From positions 8,186-72,185 of the forward strand of contig NZ_JBOGUT010000012.1 of the NCBI RefSeq assembly GCF_050696275.1: DNA of 64,000 nt, read 5' to 3'. The DNA comes from Flavobacterium sp. (GTDB taxonomy: Bacteria; Bacteroidota; Bacteroidia; Flavobacteriales; Flavobacteriaceae). Of the stretch, positions 55,554 to 64,000 are shown piece after piece (the first letter of the stretch is position 1; each line of letters opens with the position of its first letter). The position numbers and the translations under genes are program-made. The notes under the pieces are model-generated. The model was given only the letters and a program-made list of their open reading frames with translations, did no database searches and was not told the DNA's origin.

Positions 55554-56261
55554 TTAATGGAAGGCAAAATTGATGAAAATTCCTCGGGTCACCATCTTGT
55601 CTACGTTTCCTGTCCAAGGACTATTGGGGTCGTTATCTGGAATAAGTTCGTTTTTCATCCCAAAAACACCTCTTATCGAAGGAGAGAATTTAAAATATTC
55701 CATATACAAATCGATTCCTAATCCAAGTTCGTAATTGCTGGTATTTTTCAGCATTCTGAAACGGTTTGCTGAATTGTCGTCTTTTGATTTGGCATTACTG
55801 GATAAATTCATGTCTGATGAAAGTCCTGCTAATACATAAGGTCTTACGTTACCCATTCTTTTGGAAGAGAATTTAAGCAGTAAAGGAAAATGAATATAGG
55901 TGGATTTTACTTCGCGAAGGGCATCGATGGGATCTGTCATATGCGGAAAATGTAAATTACGCTGACCATAATACAATCCCGGTTCAAAACGCAGATCGAT
56001 ATATTCTGTCAGACGCAAATTGGTAATTAGACCAACATTAAATCCCATCTGGCTGTCTACTAAAATGTCCTGGTCGTCAAATTTCTTGTCAATTTTAAAG
56101 TCGTAACTATTAAGACCCAGAAAAAAGCCGAAATGAATTCGTTGTTTGTCAAAATTCTCAAGATTGATAATTGGTCTTTTTGCAAACATACTTTTGCTGA
56201 AAACCTGAGCATTGCTTATAGTTGACGATATAAGGATAAGTAAAAAAAATAGTTTCTTCAT
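55554..56261 (-). CDS. PorT-like outer-membrane beta-barrel protein
   Basis: Signal peptide LILISSTISNAQ. ~235-aa small barrel ending ...FINFAFH. Size, composition and position directly downstream of ubiE resemble PorT/SprT-family proteins, from memory only. Not verified. Confidence 0.55.
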   Translation of the reverse strand: MKKLFFLLILISSTISNAQVFSKSMFAKRPIINLENFDKQRIHFGFFLGLNSYDFKIDKKFDDQDILVDSQMGFNVGLITNLRLTEYIDLRFEPGLYYGQRNLHFPHMTDPIDALREVKSTYIHFPLLLKFSSKRMGNVRPYVLAGLSSDMNLSSNAKSKDDNSANRFRMLKNTSNYELGLGIDLYMEYFKFSPSIRGVFGMKNELIPDNDPNSPWTGNVDKMVTRGIFINFAFH

Positions 56262-56263
56262 TG

Positions 56264-56995
56264 TTATTTTTTAGAAGCCGAATAAATTGTTGCTACTCCA
56301 AAAGTTTGCGGCAGATGCTTTACATCTATAAACCCAATTTTACGCAAAATATTGTTCAATTGTTCTCCATAAGGGAAAATTGAGGCGGAATCAGATAAAT
56401 ATTGGTAAGCCACTTTGTCTTTTGAGAAAAGTCTGCCAATAATAGGTAAAATATTTTTAGTATAAAACCTGTATCCTTGTTTGTAAGGGAATTTGTCAGG
56501 GACTGAAGTTTCCAGGATCACAAAAAGGCCATTGGGTTTCAGTACTCGTAAAATTTCAGAAAGTCCTTGTTCCAGGTTTTCGAAGTTTCTTACACCGAAG
56601 GCAACCGTTACAACATCAAAAGAATGATCTTCGAAAGGAATTTTTTCAGAATCACCTAAAACCATTTCTATGGTGTCTGACAGGTTCTTGTGTGCTATTT
56701 TTTGTTTTCCTACTTCAAGCATCCCGGCCGAAATGTCAAGGCCTATGATTTTTTTTGCTTGTGTATTGGCTAATAAAATGGCTAGATCTCCTGTTCCTGT
56801 TGCAATATCAAGAATAGTTTCAGGGTTTTTCTGGGCAACCATCTTCAGAATCTTTTTGCGCCACTTCACATCAACACCAAACGAAATTACACGATTGAGA
56901 TTATCGTATTTTGTGGAGATGGTATCAAACATTTTTGCGACCTGTTCTTTCTTTCCAAGGTCAGAATCTTTGTATGGTTTTGTACTAATTGACAT
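56264..56995 (-). CDS. ubiE: Demethylmenaquinone / ubiquinone-type C-methyltransferase UbiE/MenG
   Basis: VAKMFDTISTKYDNLNRVISFG, SAM motif ILDIATGTGDLA and AFGVRNF. Confidence 0.9.
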   Translation of the reverse strand: MSISTKPYKDSDLGKKEQVAKMFDTISTKYDNLNRVISFGVDVKWRKKILKMVAQKNPETILDIATGTGDLAILLANTQAKKIIGLDISAGMLEVGKQKIAHKNLSDTIEMVLGDSEKIPFEDHSFDVVTVAFGVRNFENLEQGLSEILRVLKPNGLFVILETSVPDKFPYKQGYRFYTKNILPIIGRLFSKDKVAYQYLSDSASIFPYGEQLNNILRKIGFIDVKHLPQTFGVATIYSASKK

Positions 56996-57009
56996 AAAAT
57001 AAATTTCAA

Positions 57010-57017
57010 CAAATATA
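57010..57017 (-). promoter_or_regulatory. Bacteroidota -7 promoter box for ubiE
   Basis: The minus strand reads TATATTTG (TAnnTTTG), 14 nt upstream of ATG 56995. Confidence 0.5.
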
Positions 57018-57278
57018 AAATTAAATTCTGAATGTTTGAAAACAGGTAAATCGTCGATGAATTTAATGGGTTAATCGTTTTTATTAAATTCTAACTACTT
57101 GTTGTTGTGGTAATTAAAAAAAATTGTTAAATTTACCTCCTTATAAAATGTCGATAGATTCATTTAATCGAGTGGTAAGAAATAATGAAATAAGTTGGCA
57201 CAATTTATCTCACTATCTTTAATCAAAATTCACAATTGATTTTTCAATTGTAAAGAAGTGCACAAACGTTCTTTGGGT

Positions 57279-57286
57279 TAAATTTG
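57279..57286 (+). promoter_or_regulatory. Orphan -7 promoter-like box in an ORF-free gap
   Basis: TAAATTTG matches TAnnTTTG but no annotated gene lies downstream on the + strand. About 190 nt upstream of the 57445-57475 terminator. Confidence 0.3.
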
Positions 57287-57443
57287 TTTTTGGAAATTTT
57301 AGTTTTTGTTATATTATCTTAGTGGTATTTGGTAGTATAACGCTTGAGATTCGTCTCAGCCATGTATTGGCCATATAGATTGGTTGAACAATATATGACA
57401 AATGATTTTGATTCAAGAGATTTACCCTGACATTTTATAAATA

Positions 57444-57475
57444 AACGCCTCATATTTATTTATGAGGCGTTTTTT
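57444..57475. terminator. Rho-independent terminator (folA on the minus strand; stronger T-tract on the plus strand)
   Basis: Stem ACGCCTCATA/TATGAGGCGT, loop TTTATT. The + strand has T6 (57470-57475, overlapping the folA stop). The minus-strand side has only TTTATTTAT. Confidence 0.75.
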
Positions 57476-57962
57476 ATGCTCTTTTCCGATAGGTTTCGAA
57501 AGTAAATGCGTAGGTGTGTTTTTCGTCTTTGTCATGGAATTCGGAGGTAACCAGTTCCCATTTTTTTAAATCGATTTCAGGGAAGAAGGCATCTGCTTCA
57601 AAGCGGCCTTGTACCCGGGTCAATTCGATGCAATCTGCCAATTCTATTGATTGATTGTAGATCTCTCCTCCGCCAATGATATAAATGGTTTCGTTCTTAG
57701 GGCAGCTTTCTATTGCTTTTTTAATAGAATTTACTGCAAAACAGCCCTCAGGAACTTTGTAATTTTCGCTTCGGGTAATAATGATATGTGTGCGGTTGGG
57801 CAATGGTTTTGGGAAGCTTTCAAAAGTCTTTCTTCCCATAATGATATAATGACCCGAAGTAAGTGCTTTAAATCGCTTAAAATCGTCCGGTAAATGCCAG
57901 AGCAGGTTATTGTTTTTTCCCAACTCGTTGTCTTCTCCAGCCGCTGCAATAAGTGTTATCAT
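57474..57962 (-). CDS. folA: Dihydrofolate reductase
   Basis: MITLIAAAGEDNELGKNNNLLWHLPDDFKRFK, MGRKTFES and IGGGEIY motifs. 162 aa. Confidence 0.9.
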   Translation of the reverse strand: MITLIAAAGEDNELGKNNNLLWHLPDDFKRFKALTSGHYIIMGRKTFESFPKPLPNRTHIIITRSENYKVPEGCFAVNSIKKAIESCPKNETIYIIGGGEIYNQSIELADCIELTRVQGRFEADAFFPEIDLKKWELVTSEFHDKDEKHTYAFTFETYRKRA

Positions 57963-57968
57963 GGAGGT

Positions 57969-58298
57969 TTAGTTGTTGTTTGGGTCTAAATCTTTTTGAA
58001 GTTGTTCTATTTTACGTTCCTGCTTGGCAATTAATTTGTCAATTTGGGTACGCTCCCAGTTTTTGTTCATAAAGCTATCGGTAATAAAGACCCTGATAAA
58101 ATGAAGTACAAAAAGGAAACTCCAGATAGTGATTACCCATAAAAACCAATGAGTGTCAGGATATACGTTGAGCAGTTTGTTGACAACTAAGGAAAAAATA
58201 CTGCCTAAAACAAAGAATACGAAGTGGTAATACAAACGTTTTTTTTGTTTGAGGCGTTGTCTGGCATATTCGTATTGTTCGTGTTGGTTGTTATCCAT
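57969..58298 (-). CDS. 2TM-domain small membrane protein
   Basis: 109 aa. RLKQKKRLYYHFVFFVLGSIF... plus a second TM, as in the 2TM domain family. Lies 6 nt upstream of folA. Confidence 0.6.
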   Translation of the reverse strand: MDNNQHEQYEYARQRLKQKKRLYYHFVFFVLGSIFSLVVNKLLNVYPDTHWFLWVITIWSFLFVLHFIRVFITDSFMNKNWERTQIDKLIAKQERKIEQLQKDLDPNNN

Positions 58299-58350
58299 AA
58301 AAGAATTATTTACGGATTTAAAGATAGAATTTTTTTTGAAAATTAGCAGT

Positions 58351-59365
58351 TTAAAATTTTAGGTTTAAAGGAACACTGTATTTTACTCTGACATTTATGC
58401 CTCTTTGCTGACCCGGATTCCAGTCTTCATAACTTTTAAGCACTCGGATTGCTTCTTTGTCCAAACCAAATCCTAAGCCTTTCATAATCTTAATTTCTGA
58501 TATTTTACCGTCTGTTTCAATAGTAAAATTGAGAATTATTTTACCCTGAATGTTGTTTTTCTAGCTGTTTCTGTAAACTTAAAATGATTGCCTATGTATT
58601 TGTAAAAATCATTAAATCCTTTTTTAGGTGACGGCTGCATTTCTAATACATCGTAAGTATATTTAATATCGCCTTCACGGGTTCCGATTCCTGATATGAA
58701 TTTTCCGTCTGAATATCTTTCCGTAGCCGATTGATTTCTGTCAAAATATTTCAATTCCCAAAAACCATCTTTATAACCATCCTTGATTGTGCCGTAAAAG
58801 GTTGCTACCTTACTCTTTAAATCACAAAAGCCATTGCCATTAATAACAGTTTGCTTGTTATTTTCGTCCCAAAACTGGAGTATTTTATAATAATGATCCG
58901 GATCTGAATCAGTATAGATGTACTCTGCAATTTCGTTTTTATTCCCGTTTTCATGCCAGATTGTTTTTATTCCTTCGGGTCTTGAATTTACATAGTTGCT
59001 TGAAGTTTCCTTCTTTCCGTTTTCGTGCCAAGTAGTATATTCACCGTCAAGTTTAGAGTTTGAGTCGAAACTGTTTATTTGTTTTTTATTGCCGTTTTCA
59101 TAATAATAAGTAAATAGACCGATAGGATAATTTATTTCCAAATCTTTGTAAGTCCCTTTCATTTGTAGTTTGCCGGATTTATAATAATCTTCAACTTCAT
59201 ACACGTTTTTATCTGTATTGTATGCTTTAATAATCCTGATGTATTTATGATTTCCTTCAGTAGTTTCTTTCCAGAGAGAATCTAAAATTTTTTTTTATCG
59301 TTCATGGATTGAGAAAAAAGAGCCGTTGTAACCAATAGCAATACTGCTGAAAGTACGTTTTTCAT
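58351..59365 (-). pseudogene. Disrupted gene: signal peptide + MORN-variant (YwqK-like) repeats + TonB C-terminal domain, with two -1 frameshifts
   Basis: ATG 59365 gives MKNVLSAVLLLVTTALFSQSMNDKKKF*, stopping after an A9 run (59288-59296). The adjacent frame is open through that run into the 222-aa ORF 58536-59204, which carries the MORN-like repeats. After an A5 run (58556-58560) a third frame continues as NNIQGKIILNFTIETDGKISEIKIMKGLGFGLDKEAIRVLKSYEDWNPGQQRGINVRVKYSVPLNLKF* (TonB_C). Adding one A at each run restores a 338-aa ORF. Confidence 0.7.
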
Positions 59366-59400
59366 TTTTTGGAAATTTTGAGTAGAATAATGATGAAAAT

Positions 59401-60225
59401 TTAAATCGCTACAGCTCCTTTTATATGGGCATGCGGCTCGTAACCTTCCAAAGTAAAATCTTCAAACTTAAAGTCGAAGATATTGCTGATGGCTGGATTT
59501 AAAATCATTTTAGGCAATGGTTTTGGTTCACGTGACAATTGCAGTTCCAATTGTTCCATGTGGTTGTTGTAAATGTGTGCGTCGCCAAAAGTATGGATGA
59601 ATTCGCCAGCCTGTAAATTACAAACCTGAGCGACCATCATAGTGAATAAAGCGTAGGAAGCAATATTGAAAGGAACTCCTAAGAAAATATCGGCACTGCG
59701 TTGGTATAGCTGACAGGATAATTTCCCATCGGCAACGTAAAACTGAAAAAAGGCGTGGCAAGGAGGTAAAGCAGCTTTTCCGTTAGCAACATTCTCGGCA
59801 AACGATTTTGAAGTATCAGGTAAAACACTTGGGTTCCATGCTGAAACTAACATTCTGCGGCTGTTAGGATTGGTTTTCAGTGTTTCGATTAATTCTGTAA
59901 TCTGGTCAATTTCTTCACTATTCCAATTGCGCCACTGGTGGCCATAAACAGGTCCGAGGTCGCCGTTTTCATCAGCCCATTCGTCCCATATTTTGACACC
60001 GTTTTCTTTAAGATAATCAATATTAGTGTCACCATTTAAGAACCACAGCAATTCGTAAATGATCGATTTGAGATGCAGTTTCTTGGTAGTCACCATAGGA
60101 AATCCTTCGGCGAGATCAAAACGGATCTGGTAACCGAAAACACTTTTCGTTCCCGTGCCTGTTCTGTCTCCTTTTTGGTTTCCGTTTTCTAAAACGTGCT
60201 TTACTAAATCTAAATACTGCTTCAT
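59401..60225 (-). CDS. thyA: Thymidylate synthase (ThyA type)
   Basis: [22 protein letters not shown] and [11 protein letters not shown] (catalytic Cys). 274 aa. Confidence 0.95.
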   Translation of the reverse strand: MKQYLDLVKHVLENGNQKGDRTGTGTKSVFGYQIRFDLAEGFPMVTTKKLHLKSIIYELLWFLNGDTNIDYLKENGVKIWDEWADENGDLGPVYGHQWRNWNSEEIDQITELIETLKTNPNSRRMLVSAWNPSVLPDTSKSFAENVANGKAALPPCHAFFQFYVADGKLSCQLYQRSADIFLGVPFNIASYALFTMMVAQVCNLQAGEFIHTFGDAHIYNNHMEQLELQLSREPKPLPKMILNPAISNIFDFKFEDFTLEGYEPHAHIKGAVAI

Positions 60226-60259
60226 CTTTTATGGCTTTATGCTTAGAACTCCTATGTTT

Positions 60260-60886
60260 TTAGGATTCTCTTTTTGAGATTTCGTCTCTTATTTTGGCTG
60301 CTTTTTCATAATCTTCTTCCTGTACCGCATTGTCCAAAAGATCGTAAAGTTCCGCCAGACTGTGTTTAGCGTAGGAGCTTTTGCTGTCATTGCTTTCTTC
60401 TAATCCAAAAGTTTCGGGAGCAGAAAGAATGTCATCAATGTTCTGTTGGTCCGGATTTTCAGTTTCAGGATTTATCTTAAGGAAAATGCCAGCTTTGTCC
60501 AGAATGTTTTTATAAGTGAAAATCGGGGCGTTAAAACGAAGTGCCAGTGCAATGGCATCAGAAGTTCTGGCATCGATAATCTCTTCAATCTTATCACGTT
60601 CGCAAATCATACTGGAGTAAAAAACACCGTCAACTAATTTGTGGATTATAACCTGTTTGATGACAATGTCAAAACGGTCAGCAAAGTTTTTAAATAGGTC
60701 ATGCGTCAGCGGGCGGGGAGGTTTGATCTCTTTTTCGAGAGCAATGGCTATCGATTGTGCTTCGAATGCGCCAATCACGATGGGTAATTTCCGGTCTCCG
60801 TCTACCTCATTCAAAATAAGGGCATACGCTCCATTTTGGGTTTGACTGTAGGATATTCCTTTTATGGTAAGTTTTACTAAACTCAT
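60260..60886 (-). CDS. Bifunctional nuclease family protein (DUF151) with C-terminal UVR motif
   Basis: The DUF151-like N-terminal block (KLPIVIGAFEAQSIAIALE...RPLTHDL) and the C-terminal EEDYEKAAKIRDEI resemble a UvrB/C-type UVR helix. Confidence 0.75.
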   Translation of the reverse strand: MSLVKLTIKGISYSQTQNGAYALILNEVDGDRKLPIVIGAFEAQSIAIALEKEIKPPRPLTHDLFKNFADRFDIVIKQVIIHKLVDGVFYSSMICERDKIEEIIDARTSDAIALALRFNAPIFTYKNILDKAGIFLKINPETENPDQQNIDDILSAPETFGLEESNDSKSSYAKHSLAELYDLLDNAVQEEDYEKAAKIRDEISKRES

Positions 60887-61085
60887 AATTTTTTAGTAGT
60901 AAGCATTGATTGCTAAAAATCAAGCTTAAATAGTTTGCTGGTGTAAAAATGTTTAGCCGCATTGCCTGAAAAAACGGATAACCTTGTCATTTTGAGGCTT
61001 GAAGCTGTCTTTTGACAAGATACTGCATATAGCAGGAAAGCGGTATGCAAAGTAACAAAAAACTTTGGCTTCAGGAAACGGAAAA

Positions 61086-61125
61086 CAAAAAAAATGAGCT
61101 ACATAATTTGAATTACGTAGCTCAT
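61086..61125 (-). terminator. Rho-independent terminator of etfBA
   Basis: 9-bp stem ATGAGCTAC/GTAGCTCAT with a 14-nt loop, followed on the minus strand by T8. Lies 23 nt after the etfA stop. Confidence 0.7.
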
Positions 61126-61148
61126 GGTTTTGGTATCCGTTAAAAGGA

Positions 61149-62117
61149 TTATGAATTTTGAGCTTTGAAAGCTTTTAATTTCTCTGTTAATTTTGGAAGA
61201 ATTTCGAAAGCATCACCTACAATTCCGTAATCAGCTACTTTGAAGAATGGTGCATCTGCATCTGCATTGATTACCACTTTTACTTTAGAAGAGTTGATTC
61301 CTGCGATATGCTGGATAGCTCCTGAGATTCCTACTGCGATGTATAAATTTGTAGCAACCGGTTTCCCTGTTTGCCCTACGTGCTCGCTGTGAGGTCTCCA
61401 TCCTAAATCCGAAACAGGTTTAGAACATGCTGTAGCTGCGCCTAAAACAGCAGCTAAATCTTCCAGCATTCCCCAGTTTTCAGGACCTTTTAATCCACGA
61501 CCTCCTGAAACAACGATATCTGCATCAGCAATAGTTACTTTTCCAGAACCTTTTTCAACAGATTGTACTTTTACACCAAAATCAGCATCTGAAATGGATG
61601 GTGAAAAATCTTCAGCTGCCGCAGCGCCTGCATTTTCAAATATTCCGTATGAGTTTTTACCTAAGCATAATACTTTGATGTCTGAAGCTATTTCAGTAAT
61701 GTTGAAAGCTTTGTTTGAGAATGCATTTCTTTTTACCTGAAAAGGAGACATGTTTACCGGCAATCCAACCACGTTTGAAGCAAAACCTGCGTTAAGTGCT
61801 ACAGATACAAGCGGTGCAAGGTATAAACTGTCTGTTGTAGAGGAAAGTAAAATTAATTTAGCACTTTCTTTTTCAGCTGCTTGCTTTACAGCATCAGCGT
61901 ATGCTTTTGCAGTAAAGTTGGCTAATTTATCGTTTGTTACTTTTAATACCTTATCTACTCCGTATTTGCTTAGTTCGGATACATCACTGATGTTTATGGT
62001 TAAAGCGGTAACAGTTTGTCCTGTAGTTTCGGCTATTTTTTTTGCATAAGAAGCTAATTCGAAAGCGACTTTCTTGAATTTACCTTCTGCTGATTCTGCG
62101 TATATTAATATTGACAT
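61149..62117 (-). CDS. etfA: Electron transfer flavoprotein subunit alpha
   Basis: C-terminal FAD-binding block [14 protein letters not shown]...[15 protein letters not shown]. 322 aa. Confidence 0.9.
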   Translation of the reverse strand: MSILIYAESAEGKFKKVAFELASYAKKIAETTGQTVTALTINISDVSELSKYGVDKVLKVTNDKLANFTAKAYADAVKQAAEKESAKLILLSSTTDSLYLAPLVSVALNAGFASNVVGLPVNMSPFQVKRNAFSNKAFNITEIASDIKVLCLGKNSYGIFENAGAAAAEDFSPSISDADFGVKVQSVEKGSGKVTIADADIVVSGGRGLKGPENWGMLEDLAAVLGAATACSKPVSDLGWRPHSEHVGQTGKPVATNLYIAVGISGAIQHIAGINSSKVKVVINADADAPFFKVADYGIVGDAFEILPKLTEKLKAFKAQNS

Positions 62118-62145
62118 GATTTTTAAAATTTTAAAGAGTTTAAGC

Positions 62146-62892
62146 TTAGATCACTTTTGCTTCGTTGTGTAATAAGTTGATTAATTCGTCAAGGTTGTCA
62201 GGACTGATTAATTTAACCGCTTGTTTAGGAGCCGGTTTTTCAAATTTCACTGCCTTAGTATAAGCATCTGCGCTAACAGGCTCAAGAATAGTCAATGCTT
62301 TGGTTCTCGCGGTCATGATACCTCTCATGTTAGGGATACGTAAGTCTTTTTCTTCTACAAGACCTTTTTGACCACCAACAATTAATGGTAAAGTTGTAGT
62401 AACCGTTTCTTTACCGCCGTCAATTTCTCTTACTGCAGTAACGTTATTGCCATCAATTTTTAAATCGATACAAGAGTTTACAAAATTATCTCCTAAGATT
62501 CCTGCAATCATACCCGGAACCATTCCGCCGTTATAATCCAGTGATTCTCTTCCTGCAATTACTAAATCGTAGCCGCCGGTTTTGATTACTTCTGCCAATT
62601 GTTTTGCAACAAATAAACCGTCGGTTGGGTTAGCATTGATACGGATTGCTTCGTTAGCACCAATAGCCAATGCTTTTCTTAAAGTTGGTTCAGTATCAGG
62701 ACCTCCAACATTAACAACAGTTACGTTTGCTCCTTGCTGCTCTTGGAACCAGATGGCTCTTGTTAAACCAAACTCATCATTTGGGTTAATTACATATTGT
62801 ACACCATTGGTATCAAATTCTGAATCACCATTGGTAAAATTAATTTTTGAAGTAGTATCAGGAACGTGACTGATGCAAACTAATATTTTCAT
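62146..62892 (-). CDS. etfB: Electron transfer flavoprotein subunit beta
   Basis: MKILVCISHVPDTTSKINF start at ATG 62892. The 53-codon upstream extension in the ORF track has no ETF similarity and contains the promoter box. 248 aa. Confidence 0.9.
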   Translation of the reverse strand: MKILVCISHVPDTTSKINFTNGDSEFDTNGVQYVINPNDEFGLTRAIWFQEQQGANVTVVNVGGPDTEPTLRKALAIGANEAIRINANPTDGLFVAKQLAEVIKTGGYDLVIAGRESLDYNGGMVPGMIAGILGDNFVNSCIDLKIDGNNVTAVREIDGGKETVTTTLPLIVGGQKGLVEEKDLRIPNMRGIMTARTKALTILEPVSADAYTKAVKFEKPAPKQAVKLISPDNLDELINLLHNEAKVI

Positions 62893-62925
62893 TTTTTTGT
62901 GTATTTGGTTCTTAAAATCGGAATA

Positions 62926-62933
62926 CAAAAATA
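62926..62933 (-). promoter_or_regulatory. Bacteroidota -7 promoter box for etfBA
   Basis: The minus strand reads TATTTTTG (TAnnTTTG), 33 nt upstream of ATG 62892. Confidence 0.5.
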
Positions 62934-63067
62934 GCATAAAATTTGAATTATTTACTATGCATGCATAATATTTTTTTATAGTATTTCGATGTGAATTTAT
63001 TTTAAGTATAGGGGAATGAACACAGTAGCTAAATACAGGAAGTGAAGGCAAAGAGTTAGAGTAAGTC

Positions 63068-63122
63068 TAAAGCGCCGTTAAAGCGCCGTCAAAGCGCCGT
63101 CAAAGTGCTGTTAAAGTGCCAT
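63068..63122. repeat. Five-copy 11-bp tandem repeat (consensus YAAAGCGCCGT)
   Basis: TAAAGCGCCGT, TAAAGCGCCGT, CAAAGCGCCGT, CAAAGTGCTGT, TAAAGTGCCAT head to tail. GC-rich relative to its surroundings. Lies in the etfB/pdhB divergent intergenic region. Confidence 0.9.
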
Positions 63123-63231
63123 AAGAATACAATCCGGGTGCTTTTTGCCCTAATGGCCGTTGATCTGGCTTTTTTTTAAAATAAATTCATCATTAAACTC
63201 ATTATATAATCGATAACTAATTTAAAATTTT

Positions 63232-63239
63232 TATTTTTG
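63232..63239 (+). promoter_or_regulatory. Bacteroidota -7 promoter box for pdhB
   Basis: TATTTTTG matches TAnnTTTG, 31 nt upstream of ATG 63271. Confidence 0.5.
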
Positions 63240-63270
63240 CTGTTCAATTTTACAGAGATACATATATAAT

Positions 63271-64000
63271 ATGAGAACGATACAATTTAGAGAAGCCATT
63301 TGTGAAGCGATGAGTGAAGAAATGCGTCGCGACGAGTCAGTATACTTAATGGGTGAAGAAGTGGCAGAATACAACGGAGCTTACAAGGCTTCCAAAGGAA
63401 TGCTGGATGAATTTGGACCAAAAAGAGTAATTGACACACCTATTGCCGAACTTGGTTTTGCCGGGATTGCTGTGGGTTCAGCTATGAACGGATGCCGTCC
63501 TATTGTGGAATATATGACGTTCAACTTTTCTTTAGTAGGTATCGATCAGATTATCAATAACGCTGCAAAAATGCGCCAGATGAGTGCGGGTCAATTTCCA
63601 ATGCCGATGGTTTTTCGCGGACCAACAGCTTCGGCAGGGCAATTAGGAGCGACACACTCACAGGCTTTTGAAAATTGGTTTGCTAATACTCCGGGTTTAA
63701 AAGTAGTGGTGCCAAGTACTGTTTATGATGCTAAAGGGTTGCTTAAAGCGGCTATCCGTGATAATGATCCTGTAATCTTCATGGAATCAGAGCAGATGTA
63801 TGGAGACAAAGGAGAAGTGCCTGAGGAAGATTATATCATTCCGCTAGGTGTTGCTGATATTAAACGCGAAGGAACAGATGTAACTATTGTTTCTTTCGGA
63901 AAAATCATTAAAGAAGCTTATATTGCTGCAGAGGAATTAGCTAAAGAAGGTATTTCTTGTGAAATTATCGATTTGCGTACCGTTCGTCCGATGGATTATG
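63271..64000 (+). CDS. pdhB: Pyruvate/2-oxoacid dehydrogenase E1 component beta subunit (3' end beyond the window)
   Basis: Not in the ORF track because no stop is reached. My translation is MRTIQFREAICEAMSEEMRRDESVYLMGEEVAEYNGAYKASKGMLDEFGPKRVIDTPIAELGFAGIAVGSAMNG..., typical of the E1-beta transketolase-like pyrimidine-binding domain. Confidence 0.9.
   Translation, partial: MRTIQFREAICEAMSEEMRRDESVYLMGEEVAEYNGAYKASKGMLDEFGPKRVIDTPIAELGFAGIAVGSAMNGCRPIVEYMTFNFSLVGIDQIINNAAKMRQMSAGQFPMPMVFRGPTASAGQLGATHSQAFENWFANTPGLKVVVPSTVYDAKGLLKAAIRDNDPVIFMESEQMYGDKGEVPEEDYIIPLGVADIKREGTDVTIVSFGKIIKEAYIAAEELAKEGISCEIIDLRTVRPMDY

Noticed and set aside
57362-57430. 22-codon ORF (MYWPYRLVEQYMTNDFDSRDLP) in the ubiE-folA gap
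   Set aside because: It is too short to support from sequence alone, has no hydrophobic or recognisable peptide character, and conservation cannot be assessed. It is kept only as a remark under the sRNA-candidate finding.
57445-57470. Terminators at 21858-21873 and 57445-57470 share the stem core CGCCTCAT/ATGAGGCG
   Set aside because: This is a short GC-rich stem shared by two hairpins with different loops and flanks. It is more likely convergence or chance than a mobile or duplicated element.
62893-63051. 53-codon upstream extension of the etfB ORF
   Set aside because: It has no ETF-beta similarity, is AT-rich, and contains the etfB TAnnTTTG box. MKILVCISHVPD at 62892 is the canonical ETF-beta N-terminus.
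1-64000. Search for CRISPR arrays, transposases/IS elements, prophage genes, restriction-modification, toxin-antitoxin or other defence operons
   Set aside because: None were found. The only regular repeat is the 11-bp array at 63068-63122, which is far too short for CRISPR. The YwqK/MORN-like repeats occur in a TonB-C fusion pseudogene without a toxin partner. All multi-gene clusters are explained by housekeeping functions.

Overview
AT-rich, very gene-dense window: about 56 protein-coding genes, one tRNA and one disrupted gene. It reads as core chromosome of a Flavobacterium-like member of the Bacteroidota. Start codons sit in A-rich, Shine-Dalgarno-poor contexts. Many genes are preceded by the Bacteroidota -7 promoter box TAnnTTTG. 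Lineage-typical genes are present: a GYDIA-type GHMP kinase, a lipidated TamA-like Omp85 ('TamL'), a PorT-like barrel and the mevalonate pathway. Content is overwhelmingly housekeeping. It includes mevalonate genes in two loci (mvaD-mvk-UbiA prenyltransferase; HMG-CoA reductase-GYDIA kinase), coaX-OMP-lptC-ppiD, and a DPP-IV peptidase followed by three POT peptide transporters. It also includes two secreted thioredoxin-fold proteins, surE-lpxB-NlpC/P60-comEC, purH-mreBCD-mrdA-rodA, accD, fbaA, ubiE, folA/thyA, etfBA and a 3'-truncated pdhB. I found no CRISPR array, integrase/transposase, prophage, or recognisable defence or toxin operon. I cannot honestly point to a convincing undescribed multi-gene system here. 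The most unusual items are these. (1) A signal-peptide/MORN/TonB-C gene carries two homopolymer frameshifts. (2) A five-copy 11-bp tandem repeat lies in the etfB/pdhB divergent promoter region. (3) A GC-rich structured spacer sits inside the HMGR-kinase operon. (4) A ~420-bp ORF-free gap has a promoter box, a UUCG hairpin and a terminator (candidate sRNA). (5) There are apparent active-site substitutions in a GH13 amylase (NHD->NHA) and a thioredoxin-fold protein (WCGPC->WYGPC). (6) Mevalonate genes are linked to an archaeal-DGGGPS-like UbiA prenyltransferase. All family calls are from motif recognition by eye; no searches were run.
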